Positions 1-8,289 of a stretch of DNA of 64,000 nucleotides are shown here, in pieces (the first letter of the stretch is position 1; each line of letters begins with the position of its first letter). Source of the stretch: Chthonomonadales bacterium (GTDB taxonomy: Bacteria > Armatimonadota > Chthonomonadetes > Chthonomonadales > CAJBBX01); the NCBI GenBank assembly GCA_035477595.1, contig DATIKM010000033.1, positions 3,639-67,638 of the forward strand, written 5' to 3'. The position numbers and the translations under genes were made by a program. The notes below the pieces were generated by a model, which worked only from the letters and a program-made list of their open reading frames with translations, was not told the DNA's origin and did no database searches.

Positions 1-196
1 CCCCGGCGCCGTTCGAGGAAGGTCTCCGTCGCGGCGCCTCCGTCCGAGCCGGTGATACAGCCGGTCGCAGGCGATGGACCAGAACGCGCGCCCGACGAGC
101 CCGTCCAGGTGGATGCGGCCACCACGCCTCGTCAGCGCGCTCCCCGGCGCCGTTCCAGGAAGGCCTCCGTCGCGGCGCCTCAGTCCGAGCCTGGTG
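1..196 (+). repeat. Two copies of a ~55-nt coding repeat spaced 141 nt (47 codons) apart inside the first CDS
   Basis: nt 1-55 (ccccggcgccgttcgaggaaggtctccgtcgcggcgcctccgtccgagccggtga) and nt 142-196 (ccccggcgccgttccaggaaggcctccgtcgcggcgcctcagtccgagcctggtga) differ at only about 4 positions. Both encode PRRRSRK[V/A]SVAAP[P/Q]SEP. Confidence 0.75.
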
Positions 197-2958
197 AGGC
201 CGGCGTGCCTTCGGGCGCCGAGGCTGCGGCGGCGGCGGTGGACACGCCCACGGAGTCTGGGTCGGACGCAGGCCTGCCGCCGCCTGGTGATGGCGCGCCG
301 CCGGCTCCGCCCAGAAGGGGCGGCGGGCGCCCGCGGCGCCGCGCGGAGCGACCCAGCGCGAAGGCGACTGCCGGCCGCGGGGAGGAGGCTGGGGAGAGCA
401 AGGCCGCCCAGATCGACGAGGATGCCGGGGACGTGGCCCGCCAGGACGGCGAGGACGCTCCGGTCCGGCGCCCTGTCGCGAGGAAGCGCCCGACGAGGGC
501 GCGGCTGCGCAGCAGCGACGAGCCGGCGCCCGTCGGAGGCGCCAAGGTCGTGGTGCGGCGCGGTGTGCCAGAGATCGTGGTTGACGGCCAGCCGATCGCG
601 TCCGCGCTCTTCTTTGGCAACCTGTCGGAGCCCGGCAACGAACGCACAGTGCTGCGCGAGGCAGAGCGCGCAGCGCGGGCAGGGGTGCGCATCCTGTCTA
701 CGCTGGTTGAGCTTGTGTGCCCGATCCCGCCGGATGACACCGTCCACAACCAGGTGGACGAGCGCCTGCAGGCCCTGCTGAGCGCTGCGCCCGACGGCTA
801 TCTCCTGCCGCGTATCGTCTTTGTGCCCGCACCGGGCTGGCAGCACCAGTACCCGCACGACGTGAGTCACTACTCCGACGGCGTTACCGATGACCCCTCC
901 ATCGCCTCGGACCGCTTCTGGACCGAGGCAGAGGCTGCCCTGCGCGCCTTGATCGACCACGTTCAGCGGACGAGCTACGGACCTCGCGTTCTCGGCTACC
1001 ACCTCGATCGCGGTGAGTGGTTCCACCCCGCCGACAGCGGGTACGACCGGTCGTTCGCGAACCGCGAAGCGTTCCGGCAGTGGCTGCGGGTCAAGTACAA
1101 GGGCAGCGAGGTCGCACTGAGGGCCGCGTGGCACGACGGCGCGATGCAGCTCTACACCGTCGAGATCCCGGAGCTATCAAGTCCTGCGGAGTCAGTGGAC
1201 ACGTTTTTCGAGCCGAGGCGCGGGCGACGGTGGGTCGACTTCATCGAGTTCACGTCAGACTGCACGGCGGACCGACTGTGCGCGCTCGCGGCCGCCGTCA
1301 AGGATGCGAGTAGCGGCTCGGCGCTCGTCTCCGCAAGCTACGGCTACACTCTCGAGTTCGCCCATGCCGGTTCGGGCCACCTGGCCCTCGGGCGGCTCCT
1401 TGCGTGCCCCGATGTCGACATCGTGACCGGGCCGCCGTCGTACACGGACAGGCCCGCAGGCCACTCCGGAGCCTTCCCCGGACCAGCCGACTCGCTTGCC
1501 CTCCACGGCAAGCTGTGGCTCTCGGAGGATGACACGAGAACGCACCTTGCCGGTCGGGCGGGGGCCGACGACTACAACCCGCGAATGGAATCCAAGGAGG
1601 CAACCGAGGCGGTGCACCTGCGCTCGGTGGGCCAAGCTCTTGCCCACCAGTGCGGCCTCGGCTTCATGGACCTGTGGGGCGAGGGTTGGCTGGACGGCGA
1701 TGAGGTGTGGGCCGAGGCCAGCCAGTATGTGCAAAGGCACGCCGGGCAGATCAGCACCCGTCGGGCGGCCAGTCCCGATGTAGTGGCGCTTGTGGACGAG
1801 CGCAGCCTTGCGCACGTGCGTGGCGGCCCGGACCTGATGCGGTCGATACTGCGCGGTCAGCGCGACGCGCTCCTGCGCACCGGAGCTTCTGTGGGGTTCT
1901 ACCTCCAGAGCGATGTCTGTGCGCGCGCGTTCCCGACGGATGCCCCGCTGTACATTTTCCTCAATCCGTATCGGCTGCCTGCCCTCCAGCGCGCGGCCAT
2001 CAAAGCGAAGCTCCAGACCGGCGGCAAGACGCTCGTGTGGATGTACGCGCCGGGCGTAGTCGAGGACCGCGGCGAGGCTTACGAGCTGCCCCTCGACGCC
2101 ATGGGCATCTCGATTCGCCGTCAGCCGTGGGACTCCGAGGCCGGTTCGCGGTTCACAGGCGCCAAGGGCCCCGCGATGGAAGGGATGCAGGGCCGGCCCC
2201 TGGGGGCTCGTCGACGAGTCAACCCTACCTACTATGTCGACGATGATGCCAGTGTCACAGTCCTTGCCGAGTACGTGCAGTCGGGCCTTCCCTCGGTTGC
2301 CGTCCGAGCGCACGCGGGCTGGCAGAGCGTCTTCTGCGGTGAGCCCTTTATGACGCCAGAGCTAGCTCGCAGCCTCTGCCGGCTCGCGGGAGTCCACCTC
2401 TACTCGCAGGGAGTGGACGACTACGTCTTCGCGCGCCATGGGTGGGTCACCGTCGTCGCGACCCGCGATGGAGACCGGGCGCTCGCACTACCTGGCGTCG
2501 CAAGCGTCTACGACCTTGGCGCGCAGCGGCTCATCGCTGAGGACACGCGCAGCGCCCGGTATAGCGCACGGGGGCGGACGACCCGCTGCTTCTACGTGGG
2601 CGAGCGCGACGACATGGTAAGGATCGGCCTTCCGAACGTAGATCGCAAGAGGGCGCGGCGCAAGACATCGTCGGCCTCGGAGGGAGTCGCTGCGGACGAC
2701 GGAGTTGCACCCATCACGTTCCAGCCCACGCCTGAGGCCCCCACCGCCGAGGCGGAAGGCTTCTCCGACCTGTACGAGGAGGCGCTTGCGGATGCGATCG
2801 CCGACAGCGCGGAAATGGAGGCGCTCACCGTGGCCGGCGCGGCCGCGATCAAGCGACGCAGGCGGCGTCGCGGGGGCAGGGGTCGCGGGCGCCGGTCCGG
2901 CACACCAGCGGAGCACCCATCGTCGGAGGCACCTGCGGGGGACGCGCCGGAGGCTTAG
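1..2958 (+). CDS. GH42-like (beta-galactosidase-like) domain protein with Arg/Pro/Ala-rich disordered termini; 5' end runs off the window
   Basis: The frame is open from nt 1, with no stop before the first listed start at 52, so the protein continues upstream. The core carries GH42-like strings 'YHLDRGEWF' and 'REAFRQWLRVKYKGSEVALRAAWHDG..LYTVEIPE'. The N-terminus is R/P/A/E-rich and the C-terminus ends 'KRRRRRRGGRGRGRR'. The family call is from motif recall only. Confidence 0.5.
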   Translation, partial: PRRRSRKVSVAAPPSEPVIQPVAGDGPERAPDEPVQVDAATTPRQRAPRRRSRKASVAAPQSEPGEAGVPSGAEAAAAAVDTPTESGSDAGLPPPGDGAPPAPPRRGGGRPRRRAERPSAKATAGRGEEAGESKAAQIDEDAGDVARQDGEDAPVRRPVARKRPTRARLRSSDEPAPVGGAKVVVRRGVPEIVVDGQPIASALFFGNLSEPGNERTVLREAERAARAGVRILSTLVELVCPIPPDDTVHNQVDERLQALLSAAPDGYLLPRIVFVPAPGWQHQYPHDVSHYSDGVTDDPSIASDRFWTEAEAALRALIDHVQRTSYGPRVLGYHLDRGEWFHPADSGYDRSFANREAFRQWLRVKYKGSEVALRAAWHDGAMQLYTVEIPELSSPAESVDTFFEPRRGRRWVDFIEFTSDCTADRLCALAAAVKDASSGSALVSASYGYTLEFAHAGSGHLALGRLLACPDVDIVTGPPSYTDRPAGHSGAFPGPADSLALHGKLWLSEDDTRTHLAGRAGADDYNPRMESKEATEAVHLRSVGQALAHQCGLGFMDLWGEGWLDGDEVWAEASQYVQRHAGQISTRRAASPDVVALVDERSLAHVRGGPDLMRSILRGQRDALLRTGASVGFYLQSDVCARAFPTDAPLYIFLNPYRLPALQRAAIKAKLQTGGKTLVWMYAPGVVEDRGEAYELPLDAMGISIRRQPWDSEAGSRFTGAKGPAMEGMQGRPLGARRRVNPTYYVDDDASVTVLAEYVQSGLPSVAVRAHAGWQSVFCGEPFMTPELARSLCRLAGVHLYSQGVDDYVFARHGWVTVVATRDGDRALALPGVASVYDLGAQRLIAEDTRSARYSARGRTTRCFYVGERDDMVRIGLPNVDRKRARRKTSSASEGVAADDGVAPITFQPTPEAPTAEAEGFSDLYEEALADAIADSAEMEALTVAGAAAIKRRRRRRGGRGRGRRSGTPAEHPSSEAPAGDAPEA

Positions 2959-2988
2959 CCCGCTGCCAACCAGGGGCGCGTGCGGTGT

Positions 2989-3792
2989 TTACGGATTCGC
3001 GCGCGGAGCGCCGCGACCGCGGCCAGTCCGCTCCGGCTCACGGCGCCAGGACTGAGCCGCAGTGTGCCGATGCGACTCGCGCCGGCGGGGCGCGGCAAGT
3101 CGGCGCAGGAGTGTGGGGACCGACAGCCGGCGCCTGCGTGGAGCCTGCGTGTGTGGAGGTCTCGGATCAAGCACGATGCGCAGGATCTCTAGGTACATGC
3201 GCACTCGCGCGACCCACCCGCGCAGGAGCCCAAGCTTCTCCTCCTTCATGGGGTGGGTGATGCCGGGCAACAGCACGGAGACCGTGGGCACCCGGTAATA
3301 CCGGCAGAAGCGGGTGATGGCCATCTCCACGCCGTACCGCGTTCCCGCGATGTCCGGGATGGTGTCGAATACGTCGCGGCAGATGGCGCGCTGCCCGCTG
3401 ATGCTGGGCACCAGCCGCTGAGACCAGTCCGTTATCTTTCTGCCGCCCCGGAACCTGCCTACGGTCATGCGCGCCCGGCCCTGGCGGATCGGGGTGAGCA
3501 TGTCGTCGATGTGACGCGCTTGCAGGCCGATGAGATCGGCGTCGAGGAACAGCAGTACGTCGGCATCGGTGGCGGTTGCGCCCGCCAACATGGCGGCGCC
3601 CTTGCCCCGGTTCTCCGGCAGATCTATGACGCGCAGTGCGCCGGCGCGTCGTGCGGCGTCTCCGGTGCCGTCGGTTGACCCGTCGTCGACCACGATGACC
3701 TGATGGACGGCCGGGCAGGACTTCACGGCCCGCACGACGCTGGCCACACGCTCGGCTTCGTTGTACGCCGGTAGGATCGCTGCGATCTTCAC
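2989..3792 (-). CDS. Family-2 (GT-A) glycosyltransferase
   Basis: 'KIAAILPAYNEAERV', 'VIVVDDGSTDGT', 'ENRGKGAAM' and 'LFLDADL' (DxD). The start is set at GTG 3792 because GGAGGTG lies 8 nt upstream. ATG 3834 is the alternative. Confidence 0.7.
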   Translation of the reverse strand: MKIAAILPAYNEAERVASVVRAVKSCPAVHQVIVVDDGSTDGTGDAARRAGALRVIDLPENRGKGAAMLAGATATDADVLLFLDADLIGLQARHIDDMLTPIRQGRARMTVGRFRGGRKITDWSQRLVPSISGQRAICRDVFDTIPDIAGTRYGVEMAITRFCRYYRVPTVSVLLPGITHPMKEEKLGLLRGWVARVRMYLEILRIVLDPRPPHTQAPRRRRLSVPTLLRRLAAPRRRESHRHTAAQSWRREPERTGRGRGAPRANP

Positions 3793-3866
3793 GGGCGGCT
3801 CACCTCCATGGCGCGGCAGGGCCTCCCCGGTCATCCAGCCGAGGGCGACGCTTGCACTCGGCCTGC

Positions 3867-4637
3867 CTACCTGCCGTACGGAAACTGCTGAAGCTCGATG
3901 ATCCGCTGAGCTCGCTCGATCCTGCTGCGCGACAGGGGGTGCGTCCGAAGGAATGCGGGCTGGCCTGCGCCCCTCTCCATGGCATCAAGCTTCTGGAACA
4001 GGCGCAACAAGCCTGCAGGGTCGAAACCCGCGCGATGCGCGTAGGAGAGCCCGCGCCTGTCCGCTTCGTACTCGTCCTCCCGGCTGAAGCTGAGGCTGAG
4101 AAGGTCCTGAGCCAGAGTGGCGATGTCGTGCGCGGTCCGTCCCCGGAGCAAAACGATGATGCCGATATTCGCGGCGAGCTGCTGGCTGATCATCTCGGCG
4201 ACGTGTCGAGCGTTCACGTGGGCGACCTCGTGGGCGATCACGCCCGCCAGGGCGTCGTCATCGTCGCCGACCATATCGAGAAGGCCCCTGAACACGTAGA
4301 TCGGCCCGCCGGGGAGCGAGATGGCGTTGATCTCCTTGCGGTCGAGCAGCTTCACGGAATAGGGAATGCCGGGGCGCATCTCCGCATGAGCCAGAACCCG
4401 TTGCGCTATGCGCTGAACGCGCCGAGCATCGGCGGAGTCCGTGTCTACCCTCGCCTCGGCCTCCACCTGCCGAGACACATCGCGGCCAAGCCGCACCTCG
4501 TCCCTCGTGCTGAGGAAGTTCGTGCCCCTGCACCCTGCAAGGAGGGACACGGCGCCGGCAGTCGCGACGACTGCCGCCCGCGCGCCAAGCCGAAGGGCGG
4601 ACCGCCGCGTGTGTCGCGCCCGCCTATCGTTCGCCAT
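3867..4637 (-). CDS. M48-family zinc metalloprotease, predicted lipoprotein
   Basis: HExxH motif 'HEVAHVNARH' with 'EDEYEADRRG' downstream. A lipobox 'LLAGC' follows the Arg-rich N-terminus 'MANDRRARHTRRS'. ATG 4637 is preferred over the listed 4817. Confidence 0.7.
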   Translation of the reverse strand: MANDRRARHTRRSALRLGARAAVVATAGAVSLLAGCRGTNFLSTRDEVRLGRDVSRQVEAEARVDTDSADARRVQRIAQRVLAHAEMRPGIPYSVKLLDRKEINAISLPGGPIYVFRGLLDMVGDDDDALAGVIAHEVAHVNARHVAEMISQQLAANIGIIVLLRGRTAHDIATLAQDLLSLSFSREDEYEADRRGLSYAHRAGFDPAGLLRLFQKLDAMERGAGQPAFLRTHPLSRSRIERAQRIIELQQFPYGR

Positions 4638-5016
4638 GACCGGCCCCTCCCGGTGGGTGCAGGCCATCCGGCTGCTGCGCCAGGCCGCCGATCTGCCTGC
4701 CGAGATCGGTCGCCTGCTCGCGGAGCCACTTCGCGGCAGGGCCGGCACGCTCACTGACCTTATCGATGTGCTGCCGGGCCTCCGCGAGCGCGCGTCTCGC
4801 CGCAGCAGGATCGGCATCTGCGAGCGCCTGGTGAGCCCGACCCAACGCTCGCGTCGCTGCCGACATTGGGTCCCCGACGCGTGCGTCCGCCGCGCTTACT
4901 GGCGCTATGGCGCGCTCCAGGCGGGCAAGGTCGTGGCGCACCTGCTGCAACTGCAGCCAGTTCGCCCCAGCCAGCGCCACGAAGATAAGCAGGAGCACAA
5001 CAACCGGTGCCTTCAT
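4624..5016 (-). CDS. Hypothetical N-terminally membrane-anchored, Ala/Arg-rich helical protein
   Basis: It has a hydrophobic N-terminus 'MKAPVVVLLLIFVALAGA' followed by a helical A/R/L/Q-rich sequence. Its start overlaps the upstream stop (ATGA at 5013-5016) and its end overlaps the M48 start by 14 nt. I recognise no family. Confidence 0.4.
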   Translation of the reverse strand: MKAPVVVLLLIFVALAGANWLQLQQVRHDLARLERAIAPVSAADARVGDPMSAATRALGRAHQALADADPAAARRALAEARQHIDKVSERAGPAAKWLREQATDLGRQIGGLAQQPDGLHPPGGAGHGER

Positions 5017-6161
5017 GCCGCGTGCGCCTTCCGGCGGCGCTCCGCAAACGCTTTCGCGCGCGCCTCCACGAGCCGCTCGAAGTGGTTGAGATTGAGCATG
5101 GCGCGGGCCCTCAGACTCCCAGGGTGTGCCAGAAGGAGGCGGTGGTTGAACCGTTCTTCAGGCGCCCACCGATACTTATACGCTTCAGCGCCCCGGAGGA
5201 AGTCGAACGTGGCGCACCCCTCGTCGATGGCGCTCTGGATCGCCCTCGAAGTGAGGAGCGTTCCGATGCTGTAGCGAGCGAGGTCCGGGTCGAAACCGCC
5301 CAGGTAGTAGTAATAGCGGTCACGGTGGCGGAAGCAATGGAGCGCTGCGCGCACCACACCGTCGATGCGCAGAAGGTGAAGGCGCAGCCAGCCGCGCGCC
5401 TGGAAGCGCTCCGCCACCAATCGGTGGAACCTGCGGACGCGGACACCGCCCAGAACGCCGGGAAGTAGGCGCGACCGCCACCGCCGTTGATGCAGATCGA
5501 AGAGCGAAGACATCGCTTCGGCCAGGTCCCGAGGCGTTGCATGTGCCATCTCGACGCTGGGGAAGTCCCTCTCGACACGGCGCTGCGCGTAGGCGACGTT
5601 GGAGCGCATCTTCTTGCCCAGGCGTGCCGCGTAGTCGTCCCACGTTGCGGGCAGCGGTACCTGGGGGCAGGGCTCCTGCGTAATCAGGGAGACCCGGCGT
5701 CCACTGCCGCAATTGGAGCCGCACCGGTCCGCACCCGCGTTCATCAGGGCGGAGGCGCGCAGCTGCTGCAGATCCGCGAGGTCGAATCCGCGCGCCCCCT
5801 GAAGGTAGTCGATCAGGCCCTCCGCGACCGCGCTGGCGTGTGCGTCGTCCGCGATAATGTCGAGGTAGTCTGACGAGCCCGTCCCGAGGAATGCGGCGCG
5901 GCGCAGCGGCGTCCCTAGATGGAATCCCACGAAGAGCGGCGCAAGGCCGACCAGGCACCCCTCGTCGCGGAACTGCCCGAGCAACAGGCGCTTCCCGCGT
6001 CCGTGGACGGACCACCAGGCCTCGTTCCATTCCCATGTCTGGTAGATGGTCGACCCGCTGGATCGGCTCAGCAAGTCGTCCCAGTCGTCGCGCAGACGGA
6101 GGAGGGCCTCTGGGTCGCGCGTCAGGGTGAACTGCACACTGATCCTCCCTGCCTGGGCCAT
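5013..6161 (-). CDS. GNAT-type acetyltransferase, CelD/BcsL (FemAB-like) family
   Basis: 'STIYQTWEWNEAWW' and the overall ~380-aa two-lobe layout are typical of CelD-like proteins. Called from motif recall. Confidence 0.6.
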   Translation of the reverse strand: MAQAGRISVQFTLTRDPEALLRLRDDWDDLLSRSSGSTIYQTWEWNEAWWSVHGRGKRLLLGQFRDEGCLVGLAPLFVGFHLGTPLRRAAFLGTGSSDYLDIIADDAHASAVAEGLIDYLQGARGFDLADLQQLRASALMNAGADRCGSNCGSGRRVSLITQEPCPQVPLPATWDDYAARLGKKMRSNVAYAQRRVERDFPSVEMAHATPRDLAEAMSSLFDLHQRRWRSRLLPGVLGGVRVRRFHRLVAERFQARGWLRLHLLRIDGVVRAALHCFRHRDRYYYYLGGFDPDLARYSIGTLLTSRAIQSAIDEGCATFDFLRGAEAYKYRWAPEERFNHRLLLAHPGSLRARAMLNLNHFERLVEARAKAFAERRRKAHAA

Positions 6162-6235
6162 TATAGCAGGCCTGCCGAGGGGTGTCCACGGATCGGCGCC
6201 GCCGGGCAGGCTCGCGCCAGCATCATCGGCCGGCG

Positions 6236-6265
6236 TTGACGCTTCGGCCTACGCTCCGGTAGACT
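6236..6265 (+). promoter_or_regulatory. Candidate sigma70-type promoter upstream of galT
   Basis: TTGACG (6236-6241), an 18-nt spacer, then TAGACT (6260-6265). This would give a ~220-nt leader, so confidence is only moderate. Confidence 0.3.
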
Positions 6266-6488
6266 TGCGGGGTAAGCTGGCCTCGTGCCCGAGGCCTACC
6301 CCGGCGATGACCGCGTGGACACCCTCGTACTACTGCCTGCTGACACCTTTGCGGGATGTGGCAAGATAGGGTTGCGCGGATTGTGTGCACGTGCTCTCAG
6401 GCGCTGGCCACGGTCCGCCCGTCTGCCCGCTATCGTGCGCAGCGAGCGCCGCGGCGCCGATCACATAAGGACCAGGAGAACCACAACA

Positions 6489-7547
6489 ATGCCGCAGCTG
6501 CGTAAGGACCCCGTGACCCGGGAGTGGGTGGTCATCGCCACGGAGCGTAGCCGCCGCCCGTCGGACTTCAAGGGTGGCGAGGATCTGCAGTCGAGGCCGG
6601 CCTTCATCCAGAACTGCCCGTTCTGCCCCGGCAACGAGGCCATGACGCCTCCGGAGCTGCTGTCGTACCGCCCTGCCGACACGCTCCCCAATGGCGCCGG
6701 CTGGTGGATCCGCGTGGTGCCCAACAAGTTTCCAGCGCTCGCGATCGAGGGCGAGCTGGACCGCATGGGGTACGGGATGTACGACATGATGAACGGCATC
6801 GGCGCTCACGAGGTCATTATCGAAACGCCGGAGCACAACCAGTCGCCCGCGACCATGTCTCACGTCCAGTTGCAGGAAGTGCTGTGGGCCTACCGCGATC
6901 GGTTCCTTGATCTGCAGCAGGACCGGCGGTTCAAGTACATCCTGGTGTTCCGAAACCACGGCAAGGTTGCCGGCGCCTCTCTGGAGCATCCTCACTCACA
7001 GCTCATCGCGTTGCCCATGGTGCCCCAGGACGTGATGTTGAAGATCGAGGGCGCGCAGCGCTACCACGACTACCACGAGCGGTGCATCTACACGGACATG
7101 ATCAAGCAGGAGATGAGCTACGGCGAGCGAGTCGTGTGCATGACCGACGAGTTCATCGCCTTCTGCCCGTTCGCCGCAAAGTCGCCCTTTGAGACGTGGG
7201 TGATGCCCCGCCACCACTCGCCGTCGTTCGCCTATGAGGACCGGTCGCGCATCAACGCGTTCGCGGTGGTCCTGCAGGACGTGCTCGAACGGTTCCGGGT
7301 GTGCCTGAGCGACACGCCGTACAACTACATGCTGCACACCGCACCGATCAACCAGGACCGCGATCGAGACTTCCACTGGCATCTGCGCATCGTCCCGCGG
7401 CTAACGATCGCGGCAGGTTTCGAGATGGGCACCGGCATCTACATCAACGTGACGTCGCCCGAGGACGCCGCGCGGCACCTGCGCAGCGTCCACGTCGCAC
7501 CCATCGAGACCGACGGCGTGCATGCCATGGCGGACGCCGCCCGGTAG
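6489..7547 (+). CDS. galT: Galactose-1-phosphate uridylyltransferase (HIT superfamily)
   Basis: 'CPFCPGNE' zinc motif and the 'HPHSQLIALP' HxHxQ active site. The start is ATG 6489 with AGGAGAA 10 nt upstream; the listed 6285 start is an upstream extension. Confidence 0.8.
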   Translation: MPQLRKDPVTREWVVIATERSRRPSDFKGGEDLQSRPAFIQNCPFCPGNEAMTPPELLSYRPADTLPNGAGWWIRVVPNKFPALAIEGELDRMGYGMYDMMNGIGAHEVIIETPEHNQSPATMSHVQLQEVLWAYRDRFLDLQQDRRFKYILVFRNHGKVAGASLEHPHSQLIALPMVPQDVMLKIEGAQRYHDYHERCIYTDMIKQEMSYGERVVCMTDEFIAFCPFAAKSPFETWVMPRHHSPSFAYEDRSRINAFAVVLQDVLERFRVCLSDTPYNYMLHTAPINQDRDRDFHWHLRIVPRLTIAAGFEMGTGIYINVTSPEDAARHLRSVHVAPIETDGVHAMADAAR

Positions 7548-7683
7548 CAGGCAGCCGCATCGTTGTGACCACGGCCGGCCGCGGGGACACCCCCGCGGCC
7601 GGCCGTCTGCATGCGTGGTCATGGGAGGCGCTGCGTGCCCGGGACGCTTGGGAAAACTCACCGCGCATTCCGCCGGGCGCGGG

Positions 7684-7712
7684 TTGACACGCCACATCTT
7701 GTGCGCTATCAT
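7684..7712 (+). promoter_or_regulatory. Sigma70-type promoter of nrdR-nrdJ
   Basis: TTGACA (7684-7689), a 17-nt spacer, then TATCAT (7707-7712). It lies 47 nt upstream of the nrdR ATG. Confidence 0.6.
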
Positions 7713-7736
7713 GCCTTGCGCTACTACATCTGGTGG
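7690..7736 (+). promoter_or_regulatory. Tandem NrdR-box-like operators
   Basis: There are two copies of yACATCTkGTG: CACATCTTGTG (7693-7703, inside the promoter spacer) and TACATCTGGTG (7724-7734). They are 31 bp apart, and each is an imperfect CAC..GTG palindrome. This geometry matches the tandem NrdR boxes described upstream of nrd operons. Confidence 0.5.
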
Positions 7737-7758
7737 TCAGTCGGAGCGCGAAGCTGCC

Positions 7759-8226
7759 ATGCGCTGTCCGTTCTGCCGGGCGAGAGAAGACCGCGTGCTC
7801 GATTCACGGGAGGCGCCGGACGGCACGACCATCCGGCGCCGCAGGGAGTGCAAGTCGTGCGGGCGGCGGTACACGACGTTCGAGCAGATTGAGGAAATGG
7901 TCGTGTACGTTGCCAAGCGCAACGGTCGACGGGAGCCCTTCAGCCGGCAGAAGATCCTGGCTGGGCTGCGCCTCGCCTGCAAGGGTCGCCCCGTCAGCCC
8001 CACCGTCCTCGATGATATGGCGGACGAGATCGAGCGTCTGCTGTACAACCGGCTCGAAAAGGAAGTGCCGAGCGTCGAGATTGGCGAGATGGTGATGGAG
8101 CGTCTCCGAACGATCGATCAGGTGGCCTACGTGCGGTTCGCCTCTGTGTACCGCCAGTTCGAGGATGCGACGCAGTTCAAGGAGATCGTGAACCGGCTGG
8201 GCCGAGGGCGGCGTCGACAGGTCTAG
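7759..8226 (+). CDS. nrdR: Transcriptional repressor NrdR
   Basis: 'MRCPFCRAREDRVLDSR...CKSCGRRYTTFE' zinc ribbon followed by an ATP-cone. The start is ATG 7759. Confidence 0.9.
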   Translation: MRCPFCRAREDRVLDSREAPDGTTIRRRRECKSCGRRYTTFEQIEEMVVYVAKRNGRREPFSRQKILAGLRLACKGRPVSPTVLDDMADEIERLLYNRLEKEVPSVEIGEMVMERLRTIDQVAYVRFASVYRQFEDATQFKEIVNRLGRGRRRQV

Positions 8227-8289
8227 CCGCTCCTGCCACGCGCCTGCAGCCGTGCTTCCATACTCGAGAGTTCAAGGAGCCCTCACGCG

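Noticed and set aside
8227-8289. Looked for a cobalamin riboswitch before nrdJ and a glycine riboswitch in the 360-nt gap before tdh-kbl (42816-43178).
   Set aside because: The nrdR-nrdJ gap is only 63 nt. The tdh upstream region shows none of the conserved cores I know for these classes.
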